Below the pieces are notes generated by a model. It had not been told where the DNA came from, did no database searches, and saw nothing but the letters and a program-made list of their open reading frames with translations. A DNA stretch of 64,000 bases from Solirubrobacterales bacterium. Its GTDB lineage: Bacteria; Actinomycetota; Thermoleophilia; Solirubrobacterales; 70-9. The number at the start of each line of letters is the position of its first letter. Position 1 is the stretch's first letter. The translations under genes were made by a program, and so were the position numbers. Where the stretch lies: contig JBIQLL010000013.1 in NCBI GenBank assembly GCA_044464425.1, forward strand, positions 648 through 64,647, given 5' to 3'. This document shows positions 59,926 to 64,000 of the stretch, in pieces.

Positions 59926-62187
59926 CTAGCGGCGCCGGTGCTTCTTCTTGACCACCTTCACGTGGGCGACGGCCTTCTTGCCGGCTACCTTGATCGTGAT
60001 CTTCGCCTTGCCGCGGGCCTTGCCGAAGGTTCTTCCTCCGACCACGACCCTGGCGGTCTTGCCTGGCTTGATCTTCTTGATCACGATCTTCTTCCGAATC
60101 TTGACCTTCCGGTTCGAGGACTTCGCCCGGACCTTGATCTTCTTGGCATCAGCGGTCGCGGTGATGAAGTTGCTCACCCGCACGATCACTCTGAACTTGT
60201 GGCCTGCCCTCACGCGCTGCTTCTTCGGTTTGACCGTGACCTTGTTGACGTTCGCCCGCGGCTTGCGCGGGTCCTTGATCAGCAGCTCGACGTTGCGGTC
60301 CTCGGGCTTGCCCTCGCCGCACTTGACCGAACCGCAGGCGTCGGCTCCGGTCTGGTTCTCGTTGTAGCCGATCGCGCGGGAGAGCGAGGCCAGATCGTCG
60401 GTGCTCATGTTGGCCGCGCTGGTGCCGCTGGCGGGAGCCTTGACGCCGGCCGCCTGGTCGATGACGGTGCCGAAGATCGAGAGGTTGCCGTCCCGGTCGT
60501 CGAAGATCTCGACCAGGCGGTTCTGCTTCGGCCAGTCGGCCAGGGCCGCGGTCCGGATGCTCCAGAAGCCGCTCTTGCCGTCCGGGGCCGGGTAAGGGGT
60601 GATCTCGTTCTCGTGGCTGTGGCCGGCCACCCAGGCGACCACGTTCGGGTAGTTGTGGAGCATCGCCACGACGTCGTCGCCGAGCTGGATCGGGGTCGAG
60701 TCGCGCGGATCGCCGTCACAGCCCGGGACCTGGCCGACGTCGACCGCGGTGCAGTTCGGACGCGGAGCCGCCTCGTCGGGCACGTCGGCGGTCATGCTGA
60801 CCGGCGCGTGGTGGGAGAAGAGAACGACCAGCTCGTTGTTCTTCGTCGCCTTCTTCAGCTGTGCTTCCAGCCACTGGAACTGCGGGTAATCGAGGTTGCC
60901 CTTGTCGGAGACGAGTACCTTGCCGCCCTCAGAAGCGGTGTCAAGTGAGACGTAGCGGATTCCCGGACGGGGGCTGAACGAGTAGTAGGAGGCGAAGCCG
61001 TTCGAGGCCTTGCGCACGGCCGGGTCGATGAAGCCGTAGCCGTGACCGTTCGATTGGCCGCTCTTCCGGTAGAGGTCGATCGTGTCCTTCTTCGAGATCA
61101 GGCGACGGTCCGGGTCCGGCGGCACCTCCATGAAGTACTTCGGCTCGGTGCCCCGCATCTCGAGGAAGTCCTGGGTCGTGAAGTTCGGGCTCAGGACGAA
61201 GTTGAGCAGGGGACTGGTGGGACGGCCGCTGTTGGTCTCGTCGTCATTGATCGGCTTCAGGCAGCCGGTCGCGATCTGGTTGAAGACGCCACTGGCCCAG
61301 ACGTTGCCCTGCACGAGGGTGTCGTGGTTGCCGAAGACCATGTAGGACGGGACCTTCAGGCCGGTCGCCTTGAAGGGCCGCTGGGCGCGGTCCATCAGCC
61401 CCGGGTAGGAGGGCCAGTTCGCGAACGGGTTCACCGGCACGGCGCCCGGGTTCGGCTGGTCGGGATCCCAGAAGTAGCCCATCGTCGGGGCCGGCCAGTC
61501 GTCGCGGTCCTGGACCCCGGTGTAACGGGACGGATCGCTCGCGTCGAGCACGTTCATGCCGGACGGGCAGAGCGGATGCTTGCCGACCGAGCCGGACGGG
61601 TCCACTCCCGTGCCCGGGTTGACCGTCTTGCCCTCGACCAGCTGCAGGTTCCACAGGTTCTCGTTGTACTGGTTGTTGTCGGAGATGTCACCGGTGTTGA
61701 CGACGAAGTCCATCTTCGCCTTGCTCTTGCCACGGCCCAGATTCGGGGGCTTGGTCGAGAAGGCGTTGAACTGGCGGATCATCGCGTCCTCTTCCTGCGG
61801 GTTCAGGGCTTCGCCAGGACGCCAGGACGAGGTGAACGCTCCACCCTCGGGATCGAGGAACTCGACCCGGAGCGGACTTTCCTCGTCGGCGAGCTGGAAG
61901 TCGGTGAGCTGGCCGAAGTAGGAGATCGGGGTGCGTCGCTTTGCCCGTCCCGAGACCGCGGTACCGAGCGGGACGCCGCCCTCTTCCGAGCCGTCACGGA
62001 CCGTGTAGCTCTCGCCCGGGGCGGTGGTCAGGAAATGGAAGCCCGACGAGGAGTCCGGCACGATGCGCTGGTTTACGGTGCTGACGCCGGCGTTGTCGCC
62101 GGTCGCCGCCTGGGCGATGGCGGCAGTGGTCAGCGCGCCGATCGCCACGAGCGCGGCAGCAAGCTTGGTCCTGAACCGGTTCATCAA
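59926..62187 (-). CDS. Secreted calcineurin-like metallophosphoesterase with basic C-terminal module
   Basis: Signal peptide. NTGDISDN, FGNHD, FSHHAP, AGHSHEN. K-rich tail. Confidence 0.8.
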   Translation of the reverse strand: MMNRFRTKLAAALVAIGALTTAAIAQAATGDNAGVSTVNQRIVPDSSSGFHFLTTAPGESYTVRDGSEEGGVPLGTAVSGRAKRRTPISYFGQLTDFQLADEESPLRVEFLDPEGGAFTSSWRPGEALNPQEEDAMIRQFNAFSTKPPNLGRGKSKAKMDFVVNTGDISDNNQYNENLWNLQLVEGKTVNPGTGVDPSGSVGKHPLCPSGMNVLDASDPSRYTGVQDRDDWPAPTMGYFWDPDQPNPGAVPVNPFANWPSYPGLMDRAQRPFKATGLKVPSYMVFGNHDTLVQGNVWASGVFNQIATGCLKPINDDETNSGRPTSPLLNFVLSPNFTTQDFLEMRGTEPKYFMEVPPDPDRRLISKKDTIDLYRKSGQSNGHGYGFIDPAVRKASNGFASYYSFSPRPGIRYVSLDTASEGGKVLVSDKGNLDYPQFQWLEAQLKKATKNNELVVLFSHHAPVSMTADVPDEAAPRPNCTAVDVGQVPGCDGDPRDSTPIQLGDDVVAMLHNYPNVVAWVAGHSHENEITPYPAPDGKSGFWSIRTAALADWPKQNRLVEIFDDRDGNLSIFGTVIDQAAGVKAPASGTSAANMSTDDLASLSRAIGYNENQTGADACGSVKCGEGKPEDRNVELLIKDPRKPRANVNKVTVKPKKQRVRAGHKFRVIVRVSNFITATADAKKIKVRAKSSNRKVKIRKKIVIKKIKPGKTARVVVGGRTFGKARGKAKITIKVAGKKAVAHVKVVKKKHRRR

Positions 62188-62355
62188 TTCTCCTTGTGGC
62201 CGGGATTCCTTACCAGCCCGTTGGGGGCAGCTACTCGCCCGGGCGAACAGCCCCGGGCGAGCGACGACGGCGCAACGTTATCGCCATGTAAAGAAACCAG
62301 CCAGGACCGCCGATGTTGCGGCCGGGTGAGCAGGCAGAATGTGACTGTGGACGAG

Positions 62356-63192
62356 ATGCGAACTGATTCGGAAGGTTTGTCTCCAAGCTGGGGCTCCGCC
62401 GCCGGGAACGCCTGGGTTCAGGTTCAGGACCTGACCGACAGCATCTACGAGCCGGTGGAGCGCCGGCTCACCGACGAGGTTGCGCGGGGAGGCGGCAACC
62501 GGGTGCTTGACATCGGCTGTGGCACGGGCGCGACCACCGTCGCGATAGCCCGCCGGCTCGGCCCTGGCGCCGAGTGCACCGGGATCGACGTCTCCGAGCC
62601 GATGGTGGAAGCGTCTCGCCGCCGGGCGGAGCGGACCGGTGTGGATGCCCGCTTCGAGCTCGCCGACGCTCAGACCCGCCAGTTCACGGAGGGCGAGTTC
62701 GATCTCGTCGTCTCCCGCTGGGGCGTGATGTTCTTCGCTGATCCGGTCGCCGCTTTCGCCAACCTGAGACGGGCGGCCGCGGGTGGCCGGCTCCGGGCGA
62801 TCACCTGGCGAAGCCACACCGAGAATCCGTTCATGACCGTCGCCGAGGAAGCGGCGGCTCCGCTGCTCGCCGGCTTCCAGCCCCGCCGCGCCGACGAGGC
62901 CCCGGGCCAGTTCGGGCTGGCCGACGAAAAGGCCACGACGGGCATCCTCGAGGCGGCCGGATGGGAGAGCGTCGAGCTGCTCCCGATCGACGTGACCTGT
63001 TCCTTTCCCGAGTCCGAACTGGTCCGGTACTTCACCGGACTCGGACCGCTGGCCCGCCACCTCGACGAACTGCCGCCGACCGAGATCCCGGATGACCTCG
63101 TCGAGGTCGTCCGCGCCGCCTTCGACCCCTACGTGGAAGGCGGAGAGGTCAGCTTCAACGCCGCCTGCTGGATGATTCGGGCGGGCTCGTAG
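62356..63192 (+). CDS. Class I SAM-dependent methyltransferase
   Basis: VLDIGCGTGATTVAIARRLG (motif I). The long upstream part of ORF 61042.. is antisense shadow. Confidence 0.8.
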   Translation: MRTDSEGLSPSWGSAAGNAWVQVQDLTDSIYEPVERRLTDEVARGGGNRVLDIGCGTGATTVAIARRLGPGAECTGIDVSEPMVEASRRRAERTGVDARFELADAQTRQFTEGEFDLVVSRWGVMFFADPVAAFANLRRAAAGGRLRAITWRSHTENPFMTVAEEAAAPLLAGFQPRRADEAPGQFGLADEKATTGILEAAGWESVELLPIDVTCSFPESELVRYFTGLGPLARHLDELPPTEIPDDLVEVVRAAFDPYVEGGEVSFNAACWMIRAGS

Positions 63193-63203
63193 CCTGTCTT
63201 CGA

Positions 63204-63242
63204 GATCCGGGAAGTGAGCGCTATATGCCCACTTCCCGGATC
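63204..63242. terminator. Perfect 13-bp stem / 13-nt loop hairpin between convergent genes
   Basis: GATCCGGGAAGTG-N13-CACTTCCCGGATC, read directly. Confidence 0.7.
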
Positions 63243-63253
63243 CCGGTGATCTT

Positions 63254-64000
63254 TCAGCCGGCCTGGAAGGTGACGAAGCGCTCCTCAGTCATCTCGATGA
63301 TCGAGTAGGCCGGGCCTTCGCGGGTGTTGCCGGAATCCTTGACCCCGCCGTAGGGCTGCTGATCGGCACGGAAGGTCGGCACCTCGTTGATCAGCACGCC
63401 GCCGAAGTCCAGCGTCTCGGCCGCCTTGAGGCCGTTGCCGACATCACGGGTGAAGACCCCGGCCTGGAGGCCGAACTTCGAGTCGTTGGCCGAGGCGAGG
63501 GCGTCTTCGAAATCGCTGAAACGGTCGATCGTCGCGACCGGGCCGAAGATCTCCTCGCACCAGACCTTGGCCTCGTGGGAGGGATTCTCGAGCAGGGTCG
63601 GGGCCAGGCAGCGATCCTCGTCGACCAGTTCGCCGCCGGTCAGGAGCTTCGCGCCACTGGCCACCGCCTCGTCGACCCACTCCTTCACCCGATCGCGGTC
63701 ACCACGGCTGATCAGCGGGCCGACGTCGGTCTCGTCGCTGGCCGGGTCCCCGACCTTGAGCTGCTCGACGTTGCCGACCAGGCGCTCGATGAACTGGTCC
63801 GCGATCGCCTCGTGAACCAGGATCCGCTGGGTCGAGATGCAGCTCTGCCCGGCGTGGGAGAAAGCGTGGAGCTGGGCCTTGTCGGCGGCGGTCTCCCAGT
63901 CTCCGTCGTCGTTGATGATCAGCGGAGCGTTCGAGCCGAGCTCGAGCCCGACCCGCTTGTGCGGGACCTTGGAGCGGATGCCCCAGCCGACCGGGGCCGA
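63254..64000 (-). CDS. Aldehyde dehydrogenase family protein (C-terminal part; N-terminus beyond the window)
   Basis: EEIFGPV...FGLQAGVFT...PYGGVKDSGNTREG. The frame stays open to base 64000. Confidence 0.85.
   Translation of the reverse strand, partial: SAPVGWGIRSKVPHKRVGLELGSNAPLIINDDGDWETAADKAQLHAFSHAGQSCISTQRILVHEAIADQFIERLVGNVEQLKVGDPASDETDVGPLISRGDRDRVKEWVDEAVASGAKLLTGGELVDEDRCLAPTLLENPSHEAKVWCEEIFGPVATIDRFSDFEDALASANDSKFGLQAGVFTRDVGNGLKAAETLDFGGVLINEVPTFRADQQPYGGVKDSGNTREGPAYSIIEMTEERFVTFQAG

Overview
GC-rich, GC3-skewed chromosomal segment that looks like a deep-branching Actinomycetota genome (the taxon is a guess from gene content). I support about 60 protein-coding genes. I recognised no rRNA, tRNA, CRISPR array, transposase or integrase. 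Housekeeping genes: ileS, clpP, trxA, arfB, polX, otsB-like, ppm1-like, an IMPase, a PAC2 protein, an aspartase/fumarase-family lyase and an AdnA/AddB-like helicase-nuclease. Accessory content: (i) three tandem SGNH-hydrolase paralogs and a secreted beta-helix protein (1-4.7 kb); (ii) a vapBC cassette bracketed by an exact 18-nt direct repeat (5.2-6.3 kb); (iii) an ECF sigma fused to its own ZAS anti-sigma domain and a TM segment, translationally coupled to a 957-aa Ig-like surface protein and a small anchored protein (6.4-11.1 kb); (iv) a more AT-rich islet with a SatD-like (cyclase-homology plus HTH) and polytopic membrane gene pair (16.1-17.6 kb); (v) a lipid/polyester block at 29.5-40.3 kb with secreted esterases, a two-domain lipase, TetR and an SCPx-thiolase/hydratase/SDR/ACAD operon, where three promoters share one architecture; (vi) an AAA plus PD-(D/E)XK (DUF4143) ATPase preceded by six phased 22-bp direct repeats; (vii) a mbnP-mbnH-copC-ycnI copper cluster with no recognisable membrane importer. 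The most notable cross-cutting signal is a Lys/Arg-rich C-terminal beta-strand module on at least six otherwise unrelated secreted enzymes. All family calls come from motifs read by eye in the translations. No database search was run.
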